Assembly: GCA_040876345.1 (NCBI GenBank)
Contig: JBBDPM010000001.1
Coordinates: forward strand, 192,314 to 256,313
Reading direction: 5' to 3'
Length of the DNA stretch: 64,000 nucleotides
Source of the DNA: Candidatus Woykebacteria bacterium
GTDB lineage: Bacteria > Patescibacteriota > Microgenomatia > Woykebacterales > RBG-16-39-9b
In this document: positions 45,461 to 55,657 of the stretch, piece by piece
How the letters are laid out: each line of letters opens with the position of its first letter
How positions within the stretch are numbered: the stretch's first letter is position 1
Program-made: the position numbers and the translations under genes
Notes under the pieces: generated by a model
The model's database searches: none
The model's input: only the letters and a program-made list of their open reading frames with translations
Told to the model about the DNA's origin: nothing

Positions 45461-48104
45461 TGCGGCCGATTTTGGTTTTGTGATCACCGGCAAGGCGTTC
45501 TTCTTTGGTGTTACTTTGGACAGGCTGTCCGCTAGTGGTTGATGATAAATGTTCATGACCTTCATGATCTAAAGCCTGCTGTCGAGACGCTGCTTCTTGT
45601 GGGGCCAACTGAATTTTGTAAATTCGGTGGACCACTTCATAGTCAATCGAGTCCATAAGCTGTTCAAAGAGTTTATAAGCCTCTGCTTTATACTCTACCA
45701 GGGGGTCGCGGCCAGCATAGCCCCGTAGCCCAATTCCTTCTCTCAGGTGATCGATATCTTCAAGATGATCTATCCAGAGAGTATCTATAACTGAGAGTAG
45801 AACTAGTTTTTCTACTTGTCTTGTTAGTTCTTTCCCAAATTGCTCTTCCCGCTTTTCGTACACTTCATGAGCGAGCTTTTTCAAAAGCTCTTCAATTTTA
45901 TCGCTCCCAGAAAGTTTATCAATTTGTTCTTTTATTTCCTTTTGGGAAGGTTCATCAAACGGTAGAATTGTGAAAAACTCTTTAGCTATTCTTTCTAGGT
46001 CAGGTTCTTTACTTTCAAGCTCGGATAAACCAACAATCGTCTCTATCTCAGAGTCAATTTTCTCCATCGTCATTTTCTTTAGCTCTTTTTCGGCATCTTC
46101 TTTATCTGGGTTTTCGGGGTTTCCTAGGGAGAGAATTTTCTTGCGCAAAGAGTAAATGATCTCCCTTTGCTTATTCATGACATCATCGTAATCAACTAAT
46201 CTTTTTCGGATATCAAAGTTATGACCTTCGACTCTGGTTTGAGCACTCTCAATCGCTTTGCTTACAATGTTGTTTTCAATTGGAACATCGTCTGGGATTT
46301 TTAGGGTAGTCATTAGGTTAGCAACAGCGTCTCCTCCAAAAAGGCGCATAATGTCATCTTGCAAACTTACGAAAAATTGAGTTGATCCTTGGTCTCCCTG
46401 ACGTCCAGACCGTCCCCGGAGCTGATCGTCAATTCTTCTTGCTTCATGACGCTCACTACCAATAATATGTAGACCTCCGAGCTTTGTGACGCCTTCTCCA
46501 AGCTTTATATCAACACCTCGACCAGCAATGTTAGTAGCAATTGTCACCTGACCTTTTTGGCCAGCCTCAGAAATAATCTGGGCTTCTTTCTCATGGTTTT
46601 TGGCGTTTAATACCTCATGGGGAACACCGCGCCTTTTTAGAAGAGTGGCCAGCAGTTCATTTTTCTCAATTGAGGTGGTACCGACAAGAATTGGTTGCCC
46701 CTTTTCGTGTCGCTCTTTTATATCATCTGTGACCGCTTCAAACTTGGCTGAAGCAGTTTTATATATTCGGTCGGGTAGATCATCCCTCACCATTGGTTTG
46801 TTGGTGGGGATTATTAGGGCGTCAAGTTTGTAGACTTTGTGAAATTCTTCAGCACTTGTGGATGCGGTTCCTGTCATTCCGGCCAGTTTGTTATACAGTC
46901 GAAAATAGTTCTGGAAGGTAACAGTAGCAAGAGTCAGAGATTCTCTTTGGATTTGGACACCTTCCTTAGCCTCAATCGCCTGATGCAAGCCTTCACTATA
47001 GCGCCGGCCAGGTAAAAGCCTACCTGTGAACTCATCGACAATTATTACCTCACCCTCTTTTACCACGTAATCACGATCCTTCTGGTATAAAGTTTTCGCT
47101 TTTAGAGCTTCTTCAATGTGGTGAAGAGTATCAAAATCTTTTTCGTATAGATTATCCACGCCAAGGGATCGCTCAATTTTCGATATTCCAATTTCGGTTA
47201 GATTTGCAGTTTTTAATTTCTCATCAACTTGGTAATCTGTTTTTTCGACTAATTTATCAACTAGCTTTGAGACCTCGTAATATTTTTCGGTTGATTCTTC
47301 GGCTGGAGCAGAAATAATCAATGGAGTACGAGCCTCATCAATTAAAATTGAGTCTACCTCATCTACGATTGCAAAGTGAAGATCACGCTGCGACATTCTT
47401 TTTAAATCGTTCACCATGTTATCGCGCAGATAGTCAAATCCATATTCGTTGTTTGTGCCGTAGGTAATATCAGCTCTATACGCTTCGGATCTGGTGACTT
47501 CTCGGAGATACTTACCAACACCAAGCCCCTCTTGCTCTGGAGAAAGGGAAAGCTCTGGATCCATTTTTATTTCTGCTTCTTCGGTTTTTGGAGTCTGCGG
47601 GTTGGGATCGAATACGTAAGACCTTTCGTGGTTTATAACTCCAACCGACAAACCAAGGGCGTGATAAATTGGGCCCATCCATTCAGCGTCTCTTTTCGCA
47701 AGATAATCATTAACAGTGACAAGATGGGCTCCCTTTCCTTCAAGAGCATTGAGATAAAGAGGGAGAGTAGCAACTAGTGTTTTCCCCTCACCAGTACGCA
47801 TCTCCGCAATTTTTCCCTGGTGAAGAACGGCGCCACCTAAGAGTTGGACGTCAAAATGCCTTTGTCCGATGGCGCGGCGAGAAGCCTCGCGAGTTACGGC
47901 AAAAGCTTCGGGAAGAATATCATCCAGGGTCTCGCCTTTTTCGAGCCTCTTTTTAAATTCTTCTGTTTTGGCGCGAAGTTTTGCGTCGGAGAGTTTTTTT
48001 ACATCAGCTTCAAGAAGATTGATAAGCTCGATGGTAGTGTCTAATTTTTTTAGCTCTCTTTCATTGGAGTCAAAAATTTTTCCAACAGCGTCAAATATCG
48101 ACAT
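45363..48104 (-). CDS. secA: preprotein translocase ATPase SecA
   Basis: 913 aa. DEAD-like motor motifs, C-terminal Zn-finger CPCGSG...C. Extended -10 (TGGTATACT) only 8 nt before ATG. Confidence 0.95.
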   Translation of the reverse strand: MSIFDAVGKIFDSNERELKKLDTTIELINLLEADVKKLSDAKLRAKTEEFKKRLEKGETLDDILPEAFAVTREASRRAIGQRHFDVQLLGGAVLHQGKIAEMRTGEGKTLVATLPLYLNALEGKGAHLVTVNDYLAKRDAEWMGPIYHALGLSVGVINHERSYVFDPNPQTPKTEEAEIKMDPELSLSPEQEGLGVGKYLREVTRSEAYRADITYGTNNEYGFDYLRDNMVNDLKRMSQRDLHFAIVDEVDSILIDEARTPLIISAPAEESTEKYYEVSKLVDKLVEKTDYQVDEKLKTANLTEIGISKIERSLGVDNLYEKDFDTLHHIEEALKAKTLYQKDRDYVVKEGEVIIVDEFTGRLLPGRRYSEGLHQAIEAKEGVQIQRESLTLATVTFQNYFRLYNKLAGMTGTASTSAEEFHKVYKLDALIIPTNKPMVRDDLPDRIYKTASAKFEAVTDDIKERHEKGQPILVGTTSIEKNELLATLLKRRGVPHEVLNAKNHEKEAQIISEAGQKGQVTIATNIAGRGVDIKLGEGVTKLGGLHIIGSERHEARRIDDQLRGRSGRQGDQGSTQFFVSLQDDIMRLFGGDAVANLMTTLKIPDDVPIENNIVSKAIESAQTRVEGHNFDIRKRLVDYDDVMNKQREIIYSLRKKILSLGNPENPDKEDAEKELKKMTMEKIDSEIETIVGLSELESKEPDLERIAKEFFTILPFDEPSQKEIKEQIDKLSGSDKIEELLKKLAHEVYEKREEQFGKELTRQVEKLVLLSVIDTLWIDHLEDIDHLREGIGLRGYAGRDPLVEYKAEAYKLFEQLMDSIDYEVVHRIYKIQLAPQEAASRQQALDHEGHEHLSSTTSGQPVQSNTKEERLAGDHKTKIGRNDPCPCGSGLKYKKCGLVNSPTHQENMAKSKA

Positions 48105-48253
48105 GGCTACCTAGTATACCATTTTAGCCGTAGAGAAACCAGACCGGGCCAATTTATGGGGTTGACAAGAAAAAAATTACTGATAAGATTTTTGCGGGTG
48201 TTACCCTAACCCCGACTCCCTCAAAAGAGCCGGGGTTTTTGTAGAGATAATAA

Positions 48254-49337
48254 GTGTCTAGGACGCGATACATTCCGGGGTAATTAAAGGAAATTATGCC
48301 GGCTGATTGTCGTCGCGCTGTCTACACACTACCCAGGCTTTCAAAGAGAAACTATGATGTTCTCATGAAAACCATTCACACCTCTCTTACTTTTGATACC
48401 TCAGATATTGCTAAGTACCGTTTCCATGTTCTTACAATCTTCTACAAACACGGACTTAAGGCAGTCCAAGATGCCTTTGGAGTCAAGAAAAGTACTTTGT
48501 ATGATTGGCGGAAGACCTATGAGAGTTCTGGTAAAAAGCTCTCTTGTCTAGTTCCTAAAAGCCCAAACCTAAGAGAACCAGAGGGATGGCGATCGATTGG
48601 CGCCTTGAGGTGTTTATTAAGGCTCTCAGAGTTAAGTACGGCCGCCTCTCTAAGTACAAGATTAAAATCTTTCTTGATGAATACGCTAAAAGCCTAGGTA
48701 TTGCCAGTTACGGGGTAACTAAAATTAACAAGATCATTAAAAGAAGACACTATTACTTCTATGGTAAAACTAAGGTAAAAAGAAGGACAGGCGGCGCAAT
48801 TAAACGACTAAGACGAACCCCAAAAGAGACTGTACCCGGTTATCTACAAATGGACTCAATTACTGTCTACGTCACTAGCCAGAAGTATTATTTCGTGTCA
48901 GTGATTGACATTGTGACTAAGTTTGCTTGGTGCTCTTTAGTGGCGAGTTCAACTGCCAAGAACTCCACGGTTACCTTGGAAAAATTCCAAGCTAATTACC
49001 CTTATCCAGTTAGGGTCATCCAAACTGACAACGGTCATGAGTTCTTAGGTGACTTCCAAGCCTACTGTGAAGAGAGGTCGATACCGCCCGAGTTTATTTA
49101 TCCGCGCAGCCCGAAGATTAACGGGGTAGTAGGGAGGTTTAATCAGACTGTCCAGGAAGAATTTATTACCCGCGCCGACGAGCTCTATTACAACCGTTCT
49201 GGGTTTGAGGAGAAACTTACGAAATACTTAACTTGGTACAATAATTCTAGACCACACCATTCCCTGAACCTCCGCACCCCAGTGGCCTACTTAAAGGAGT
49301 TTTAACTAGAATTCCGAAATGTGTCCGTCCTATACAC
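48254..49337 (+). mobile_element. IS481-family insertion sequence (about 1.08 kb)
   Basis: Imperfect terminal inverted repeats GTGTCTAGGACGCGATACATTCCGG (48254-48278) and GTGTATAGGACGGACACATTTCGG (reverse complement of 49314-49337). Encodes HTH+rve transposase. Confidence 0.65.
48296..49305 (+). CDS. DDE transposase (HTH + rve integrase core), reading frame broken by a -1 shift near 48556-48562
   Basis: OrfB-part motifs IQTDNGHEF and YPRSPKINGVVGRFNQT (compare IS481 TRPYSPQTNGKVERFNRT). N-terminal 88 aa and C-terminal 249 aa in frames differing by -1. No canonical A-AAA-AAG slippery site. Confidence 0.6.
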
Positions 49338-49545
49338 TCAAAAGATTTACCAACCAATGGGACTATTAATAGTTTAACGATTTCTACCGGTGGAAAATAT
49401 GTGTTTTTTGAGTTGAGAATTCCTGATGATGAGGGTATCCGTTATAAGACTAGTGAGATTTGGGCGGTTTCCATAGACGGAAAGACGCAAGGCAGGATTG
49501 TAGAAAATGCTGCTTTGACTCCAGTGGTTCCTTGATTTTGACAAC
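49338..49545 (+). pseudogene. C-terminal remnant of a PD40/TolB-like beta-propeller protein truncated by the IS
   Basis: Open frame running out of IRR: ...STGGKYVFFELRIPDDEGIRYKTSEIWAVSIDGKTQGRIV... (the SxDGKxxxF / IWxxxxDG blade motifs). No start codon. Confidence 0.3.
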
Positions 49546-49573
49546 CTCTAATCCTTCATTTATTCTGTAGTAA

Positions 49574-50341
49574 GTGAAAATTGTTGTAATTGTCCCCACT
49601 TATCAGGAGAAAGAAAATATTGGGCTTCTTATTACCGAGCTTCAAAAGGAATTTAGGAAGATTCCTCACGATTGCCATATCCTAGTGGTGGACGATAGTT
49701 CACCGGATGGAACAGCGGAGGAGGTTAAGAAAGTTATCGAGCAATCGAGCAATCGAGAAAATAGTATTCATCTTTTGACTGGAAGGAAGCAAGGGCTTGG
49801 GGCAGCTTATATTCGGGGGATCAAGTTTGCATTAGCTAATCTTCACGCCGACCTTATTGTGGAAATGGATGCAGATTTTTCTCATAAACCTAAAGACGTG
49901 CCAAGGATTCTTGAAGAGATCGACAAAGGAGCCGATTTTGTTATTGGTTCTCGTTACGTGCGAGGTGGTAAAATACCAGATAATTGGAACTTTATACGAG
50001 TTGCAAACTCACGTTGGGGGAATAGATTTGCCCGTTACATTGTTGGTATTGATAACGTTAAGGACTGTACTGCTGGTTTCCGGGCGATTAAGGCGGATTT
50101 GCTAAAAAAAATTGACTTAGATTCCCTTAAAGTGCGTGGTTATTCTTTCCAAATGAACTTACTTTACAGGGCGTATATGCAAGGCGCTAAAATAAAGGAA
50201 GTGCCGGTAGAATTTGTTGAGCGAGAAAAAGGCCATACCAAACTTGGACCAGCCGATATTTTAGAATTTATGGGAAGTTCTTTGATACTTCGCTGGCAAA
50301 GAGGCGTTATAATGCAAAAGCCCAAAGTTAAAAAATTATGA
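49574..50341 (+). CDS. GT2 polyprenol-phosphate mannosyl/glucosyl-transferase (Dpm1/ArnC-like)
   Basis: GTG start. IVVIVPTYQEKENI...VVDDSSPDGT...DADFSH DXD region. Confidence 0.75.
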   Translation: MKIVVIVPTYQEKENIGLLITELQKEFRKIPHDCHILVVDDSSPDGTAEEVKKVIEQSSNRENSIHLLTGRKQGLGAAYIRGIKFALANLHADLIVEMDADFSHKPKDVPRILEEIDKGADFVIGSRYVRGGKIPDNWNFIRVANSRWGNRFARYIVGIDNVKDCTAGFRAIKADLLKKIDLDSLKVRGYSFQMNLLYRAYMQGAKIKEVPVEFVEREKGHTKLGPADILEFMGSSLILRWQRGVIMQKPKVKKL

Positions 50342-51264
50342 AAGTAGTAGTCACTGGTGGGGCAGGGTTTATTGGCTCCCACATTGTAAAAAATTTATTG
50401 GATAAAGGTAACGAGGTTCGGGTGATTGATAATCTTTCAAGAGGATTTGAAGATTTAGTTGACAAAAGAGCTGATTTTCAAAACGAAGATCTTAAAAATC
50501 AAAATGAGATTGAAGGGGCTATCACAGGCTTTGATGCGGTTATTCACCTTGGAAATTATATTGTTGTTCCAGAATCGGTTGATGAGCCAGTAGTTTATAC
50601 AGAAAATAATGTGGTTAATACAGTCCGGCTTCTTGAGGCAATGAAGAGTGCAAAAGTCCAGAAAATAATCTTCTCTTCGTCCGCCACAGTTTATGGAGAA
50701 GCCAAAAACTTACCCTTGAAGGAAGATGAGCCCCTAGGGTTTGCGACTAATCCTTATGGCGCTAGTAAAGTATCCATGGAGCAATTTATCGCAACGTATC
50801 ACAACAGTTGGAGGTTTGATACTGTTATTCTGCGCTACTTTAATCCTTACGGACCAAATGAGCTTCATGAGCCAGAGACTCACGCTATTCCCAACTTTAT
50901 CCAAGCTGTGTTAAAAAGGGAGCCGATTCCTTTATACTGGAATGGAGAGCAAATTCGCGATTTTATTTATGTTGAAGATCTTGCGCAGGCTCACGTGGAG
51001 GTTCTAAATGTTAGTGGTCTTGAGGTGTTCAATATTGGAACTGAATTGGGGACAAAGGTTAGAGATGTTATTGACATTATTTTTAAAATTGTTGGTTATG
51101 AAGTTGAAATCAAGGATTTAGGAGAAAGAGCCGGAGACGCTAAGGCAACTTATGCTTCAGCAAAAAAGATAAAAGAGGCTGTTGGCTGGAGTGCAAAAAC
51201 TAGTCTAGAAGAAGGCCTTTCCCGCACGATCAAATTTTTTAAAGAGCACCAAAATAGCAATTAA
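50338..51264 (+). CDS. NAD-dependent sugar epimerase/dehydratase (GalE-like)
   Basis: VVVTGGAGFIGSH Rossmann motif. YGASK (YxxxK). Confidence 0.75.
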   Translation: MKVVVTGGAGFIGSHIVKNLLDKGNEVRVIDNLSRGFEDLVDKRADFQNEDLKNQNEIEGAITGFDAVIHLGNYIVVPESVDEPVVYTENNVVNTVRLLEAMKSAKVQKIIFSSSATVYGEAKNLPLKEDEPLGFATNPYGASKVSMEQFIATYHNSWRFDTVILRYFNPYGPNELHEPETHAIPNFIQAVLKREPIPLYWNGEQIRDFIYVEDLAQAHVEVLNVSGLEVFNIGTELGTKVRDVIDIIFKIVGYEVEIKDLGERAGDAKATYASAKKIKEAVGWSAKTSLEEGLSRTIKFFKEHQNSN

Positions 51265-51302
51265 TTTGATTTACCATAATTCTACCTTTATACTACAAAC
51301 CC

Positions 51303-52286
51303 ATGGAGAAAAATGATTTAAAAATTGTTGTTGTCGGCGGCGGAACTGGTACTTACACCGTCCTTTCTGGCCTGAAAAGATTTAACAAAAATCTCACGGC
51401 GGTGGTTACTATGATGGACTCCGGTGGCAGTTCCGGCAGGCTTCGGGATGAGTTTGGAATACTTCCGCCAGGAGATGTGCGGCAGTCAATCGTTGCTCTT
51501 TCTGCAGATACTTCAGTGCTTAGGAAACTCTTTAATTATCGTTTCGAAAAAGGCCAAGGCTTAGAAGGCCACTCTTTTGGGAATATCTTCCTCACCGCCC
51601 TCTCCAAGGTTACTGGGGGAATGGATAAAGCTATCCAAGAAACATCTAAAATTCTAAACATTAGAGGTAGAGTACTGCCGGTGACAACAGATCACGCCCA
51701 TTTAGTTGCAAGATATGAAGATGGAAATGTTGTTGAAGGTGAGGGTAATATTGATGAGCCCAAGCACGATGGGAAATTGAAAATAGAAGAGATTTCTTTA
51801 GAACCCTCACCCGCTCCTTATGAAGAGACACTAGAGGCTATTAAAGATTCAAACGTTATCGTTCTTGGTCCTGGTGACCTATTTACGAGTATTATTCCCA
51901 ACCTTCTAGTTCCCGAAGTAGCTAAAGCTATTTGCAGATCTGGCGCAATAAAAATTTATATTGTTAATTTGATGACAAAATATGGGCAAACTTATGGGTT
52001 TTCGGCAGAGAGCCACGTTTCCGCCCTCGAAAAATATCTAGGTAAGGGGTGTTTAAATTTTGTTTTCATAAACAAAACCTCTCTTCCGGATGACATATTA
52101 AAGAAGTATGAAGAAGAACACGATTTCCCCGTAGAAGATGATTTAGAAGATCGAGGTTACAAAGTTGTACGTACTGATTTATTAGCTGAAGGCCCTATTA
52201 AAAAAGCTAAAGGAGACACGTTAAAGAGAAGTCTTATTCGTCATGATTCAAAGAAACTAGCTGAATCAATAATGCGTATTGTTTAA
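51303..52286 (+). CDS. YvcK/CofD-family (UPF0052) protein
   Basis: VVVGGGTGTYTVLSGL and MMDSGGSSGRLRDEFG motifs. Confidence 0.7.
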   Translation: MEKNDLKIVVVGGGTGTYTVLSGLKRFNKNLTAVVTMMDSGGSSGRLRDEFGILPPGDVRQSIVALSADTSVLRKLFNYRFEKGQGLEGHSFGNIFLTALSKVTGGMDKAIQETSKILNIRGRVLPVTTDHAHLVARYEDGNVVEGEGNIDEPKHDGKLKIEEISLEPSPAPYEETLEAIKDSNVIVLGPGDLFTSIIPNLLVPEVAKAICRSGAIKIYIVNLMTKYGQTYGFSAESHVSALEKYLGKGCLNFVFINKTSLPDDILKKYEEEHDFPVEDDLEDRGYKVVRTDLLAEGPIKKAKGDTLKRSLIRHDSKKLAESIMRIV

Positions 52287-54081
52287 TATGTGCGGAATTT
52301 TTGGTTATATCGGCCCTAAAAAAAATGCTGCTGAACTGGTCCTTTCCGGCCTCAAAACTCTCGAATACAGGGGGTATGATTCTTGGGGAGTCGCCTCGGT
52401 AATTCAGAATTCAAAATCTAAAGTTCAGAATGTAAATTTAGTTGTTGAGAAACATGTTGGAAAAATTGGTAAGAGCAAATTAAGCTCAGAACTATCAACT
52501 CAGAACTCATCACTTGCAATAGGTCACAATAGGTGGGCAACTCACGGTGGAGTAACAGATGAAAATGCCCACCCCCATCTTTCTTGTGACGGAAAAATTG
52601 CTTTGGTCCACAATGGAATAGTAGAAAATTTCCAAAAGTTAAAAAAAGATCTAGAAAAAAATCATAAGTTCAAATCTGAAACAGATACAGAAGTTATCGT
52701 TCATTTAATTGAAGAGGAGATTAGGACAAAAGATTTTGTTAGTGCTGTGCGGTCTTCGTTCAATAAATTAGAGGGTCTTAATGCCATTGTTACGCTAACT
52801 TCGGATGGGGAATTGGTAGCTGCCAAAAACGGCTCTCCTTTGGTTGTGGGAATTGGTCGGAGAGAATACTTTGTTGCCTCAGATGCGACTGCAATATCGC
52901 AGCACACAAAAAAAGTAATTTTTCTTGAAGATGGTCAACTTGCCCACCTTAATAATCATGAAGTTTCAATTTTCTCACTTGCCACTGGAGAAAAACTCAA
53001 AGCTAAAAGAGAGACTCTGGAGTGGAAATTTACCCAAGCAAGTACAGGGAACTACCCTCATTTTATGATCAAAGAAATTCATGAGCAGAGAGAAGTGATA
53101 TTAAACGCCGCAGAAAATTTGGTAAATCCTGCCCAGATACTTGCAGAAGCAATCAATAAAGCTAGGGGGACTTTTTTTATTGCCTCAGGTACTGCTTTTC
53201 ACGCATGTCTAGCCGGAACTTATTTGTTTTCCAAAATAGCCAAGCACCACGTTAACACAGCGGTTGCCTCTGAGTTTAACTACCTGGAAGATTTTCTAAC
53301 ACCAAAAAGCTTGATAATCGCTCTTTCTCAAAGTGGCGAGACCATAGATGTAGTTGAGCCGCTTTCCCGCGCTAAGAAAAAGGAGAGTAAGATTGCCTCA
53401 GTCGTCAATAGTTTAGGATCGACGATTTACAGGATGGGAGATATAAAAGTACTTTTAGGGGCAGGCCCTGAGATTGCTGTAGCTTCCACCAAAGCTTATA
53501 TAGCGAAAGTGGCCTTTCTTATTTTGGTTGCTTTTTCCTTGAGAGGAAGGGTCGAAGAGGGCAAAAAACTTTTGGTACTTGCTGCCAAGGAAGTAGAACG
53601 GCTTCTTAAAGATGAGTGCTTAAAGGACATAAAAAAGATAGCCAAAATCTTAGAAAAATCAGAGAATATTTACACAATTGGTCGAGGAGTTTCTTTTGCA
53701 ACCGCTCTCGAGTCTGCACTTAAGATAAAGGAAGTAAGCTACATTCATACCGAAGGGTTGGCCGGTGGTGAACTGAAACACGGAACTATCGCCTTAATTA
53801 GTAAAGGGACTCCGTGTATTGTTTTTGCGCCGGCCGATGAAACTTACGAGGCGATAATATCAAATGCAACTGAGATCAAATCCCGTGGAGGTTTAATAAT
53901 TGGTGTTGGGCCAAAAAAGTCAGAAGTTTTTGATCACTGGATTGAGGTGAAAGATGCAGGTGAAGCCTCACTAATTCCAATGACAATCCCAGCCCAGCTT
54001 TTTGGATACTATCTGGCTTTGGAGAAGGGCTTGGATCCGGATAAGCCTAGGAATTTAGCTAAAGCAGTGACTGTAAAGTGA
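52279..54081 (+). CDS. glmS: glutamine--fructose-6-phosphate aminotransferase
   Basis: N-terminal MCGIFGYIG Ntn amidotransferase. Two SIS domains. 600 aa. Confidence 0.9.
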   Translation: MFNMCGIFGYIGPKKNAAELVLSGLKTLEYRGYDSWGVASVIQNSKSKVQNVNLVVEKHVGKIGKSKLSSELSTQNSSLAIGHNRWATHGGVTDENAHPHLSCDGKIALVHNGIVENFQKLKKDLEKNHKFKSETDTEVIVHLIEEEIRTKDFVSAVRSSFNKLEGLNAIVTLTSDGELVAAKNGSPLVVGIGRREYFVASDATAISQHTKKVIFLEDGQLAHLNNHEVSIFSLATGEKLKAKRETLEWKFTQASTGNYPHFMIKEIHEQREVILNAAENLVNPAQILAEAINKARGTFFIASGTAFHACLAGTYLFSKIAKHHVNTAVASEFNYLEDFLTPKSLIIALSQSGETIDVVEPLSRAKKKESKIASVVNSLGSTIYRMGDIKVLLGAGPEIAVASTKAYIAKVAFLILVAFSLRGRVEEGKKLLVLAAKEVERLLKDECLKDIKKIAKILEKSENIYTIGRGVSFATALESALKIKEVSYIHTEGLAGGELKHGTIALISKGTPCIVFAPADETYEAIISNATEIKSRGGLIIGVGPKKSEVFDHWIEVKDAGEASLIPMTIPAQLFGYYLALEKGLDPDKPRNLAKAVTVK

Positions 54082-54118
54082 TAGCTTTGTTACTTGGGAT
54101 TAGGTTTGGGAGTCTGGG

Positions 54119-55657
54119 TTACTTAGTAGGAGACTTTATAAACACAAAGTAGGATTTGTACTCAGAGAAATTAGACTCATCTGGTAAAAGAGGGTATGTT
54201 TGGTTGAAGTAGTAATTAAATATCTTCCTGAAGCTGTTTACAGGGCTAATTGATTGGTACATAATTTTATCACCTCCGTTTGGTAGGTAGTAGGCATTTA
54301 AAATACCAGTTTTTAACTCAAACCGTTCTTTTGAAACTTGTTCAATTTGCGCCACTGATCCAGGTCCATGGTCACTTTGAATAATTATAATTGGTGGGAT
54401 TTTTGATTTTGAAAGTATAGTGCTCACCGCCTCTTTCACTTTTTTGTTAACAAAAATAAGCTGATTGATATATGCTTCTTCGTTGTACCATGAATCTGGT
54501 TTATCAAATCTTTTGTCATAAGTTTTTAATTTATTTCCGTCTTGGTCAAAGACATATGGAGGGTGTGGTGAGACGATGTGGACAAAAGTAAAAGTTGGCT
54601 CGTTCAATTTGGGAATATCTTTTACTTTATCAAAAGCAAATAATACAGAGTCGGCGTGAAAAAAATCTCGAGTTTCTAGGAGAACAAGGGCGGTTGTTTG
54701 ATACAAAATTTTGGCAAATTCGCTCCTTGCTTTATAACGATATACTAAATCTGCGTAAGGATTTTCTGATGTAACTCCCCAAGATGAACCAATGTTGACG
54801 AATTTATAACCTTTAGACTTAAAAAACTTTGCGACCTCGTTATTCCTTAAAATCTCTATAGCAGTTAATCGTTTTTCCAGTTCAGAAGATTTCATATTGG
54901 CGATATCGTCTAAATACCGCATATTTAGTGATGACGCTAAAGATACAGGGGTCAAAGTGTAATTGGAGTGACTTTTATTCGCTACATAAAAACCACTCTG
55001 TTTTAAGAAATTGATAAAACCACTGTTATCGAATTTATATGTTTTTTGTAAAGAGTTTTGGGATCCATAACCATCCAACATAATATAATAAATATCTGGG
55101 TGTTTATCATCGGTCTTACTCATTACCTTTGATTTGTCTTCATTTCTACTCCTCGTCACTGTTTGGATATCTGATACCCTCAAGCTATTATTTGATGCGT
55201 TGATGCCGATCGATGTTACAGATAGTAAAATTAGCACCAAAACCACAATATTTAAGTATTTTGCTAACACTTTCAAGTTAGTTTTAAGTCTGATTATTAT
55301 AAAAAGAATAATGGAAGACAAAACAGCCATAAAGAGAATGAACTTATTAGGCCCTATTACTAGTTGGCCAATACGTAAGCCATTAACAAGATTAAAAAGA
55401 TGTCCGAAAGAGAAAAATATTATTAAAGCTACCGAAGTTAATAGAGTTGATTTGTAAATATCTTTTAGGATAAATTTAATTGTGTAGAAAACAAATATTG
55501 TCGTTCCTAGTGAAATAAATATGGGTGATATTATTTCTTTAAGAAAAATATCATTGAGGTTATTACTGTATATGAAAAGGATTGGGTATATGGCAAAAAG
55601 AAAAGGGTGTAGAGGCAGATACAGGATCTTAACTAGCCTTTGGGTTAACTGTTTCAT
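54119..55657 (-). CDS. LtaS/sulfatase-like (alkaline-phosphatase superfamily) membrane protein
   Basis: 5 N-terminal TM helices. Extracellular domain with YYIMLDGYG, VSPHPPYVF and IIQSDHGPG metal-site-like motifs. Confidence 0.55.
   Translation of the reverse strand: MKQLTQRLVKILYLPLHPFLFAIYPILFIYSNNLNDIFLKEIISPIFISLGTTIFVFYTIKFILKDIYKSTLLTSVALIIFFSFGHLFNLVNGLRIGQLVIGPNKFILFMAVLSSIILFIIIRLKTNLKVLAKYLNIVVLVLILLSVTSIGINASNNSLRVSDIQTVTRSRNEDKSKVMSKTDDKHPDIYYIMLDGYGSQNSLQKTYKFDNSGFINFLKQSGFYVANKSHSNYTLTPVSLASSLNMRYLDDIANMKSSELEKRLTAIEILRNNEVAKFFKSKGYKFVNIGSSWGVTSENPYADLVYRYKARSEFAKILYQTTALVLLETRDFFHADSVLFAFDKVKDIPKLNEPTFTFVHIVSPHPPYVFDQDGNKLKTYDKRFDKPDSWYNEEAYINQLIFVNKKVKEAVSTILSKSKIPPIIIIQSDHGPGSVAQIEQVSKERFELKTGILNAYYLPNGGDKIMYQSISPVNSFRKIFNYYFNQTYPLLPDESNFSEYKSYFVFIKSPTK

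Noticed and set aside
48210-48240. Hairpin CCCCGACTC-N8-GAGCCGGGG followed by TTTTT on the plus strand (terminator-like)
   Set aside because: Nothing is transcribed on the plus strand upstream of it (secA is on the minus strand). On the minus strand there is no U-tract. Possibly an IS-flank structure or insulating terminator, but the function is unsupported.
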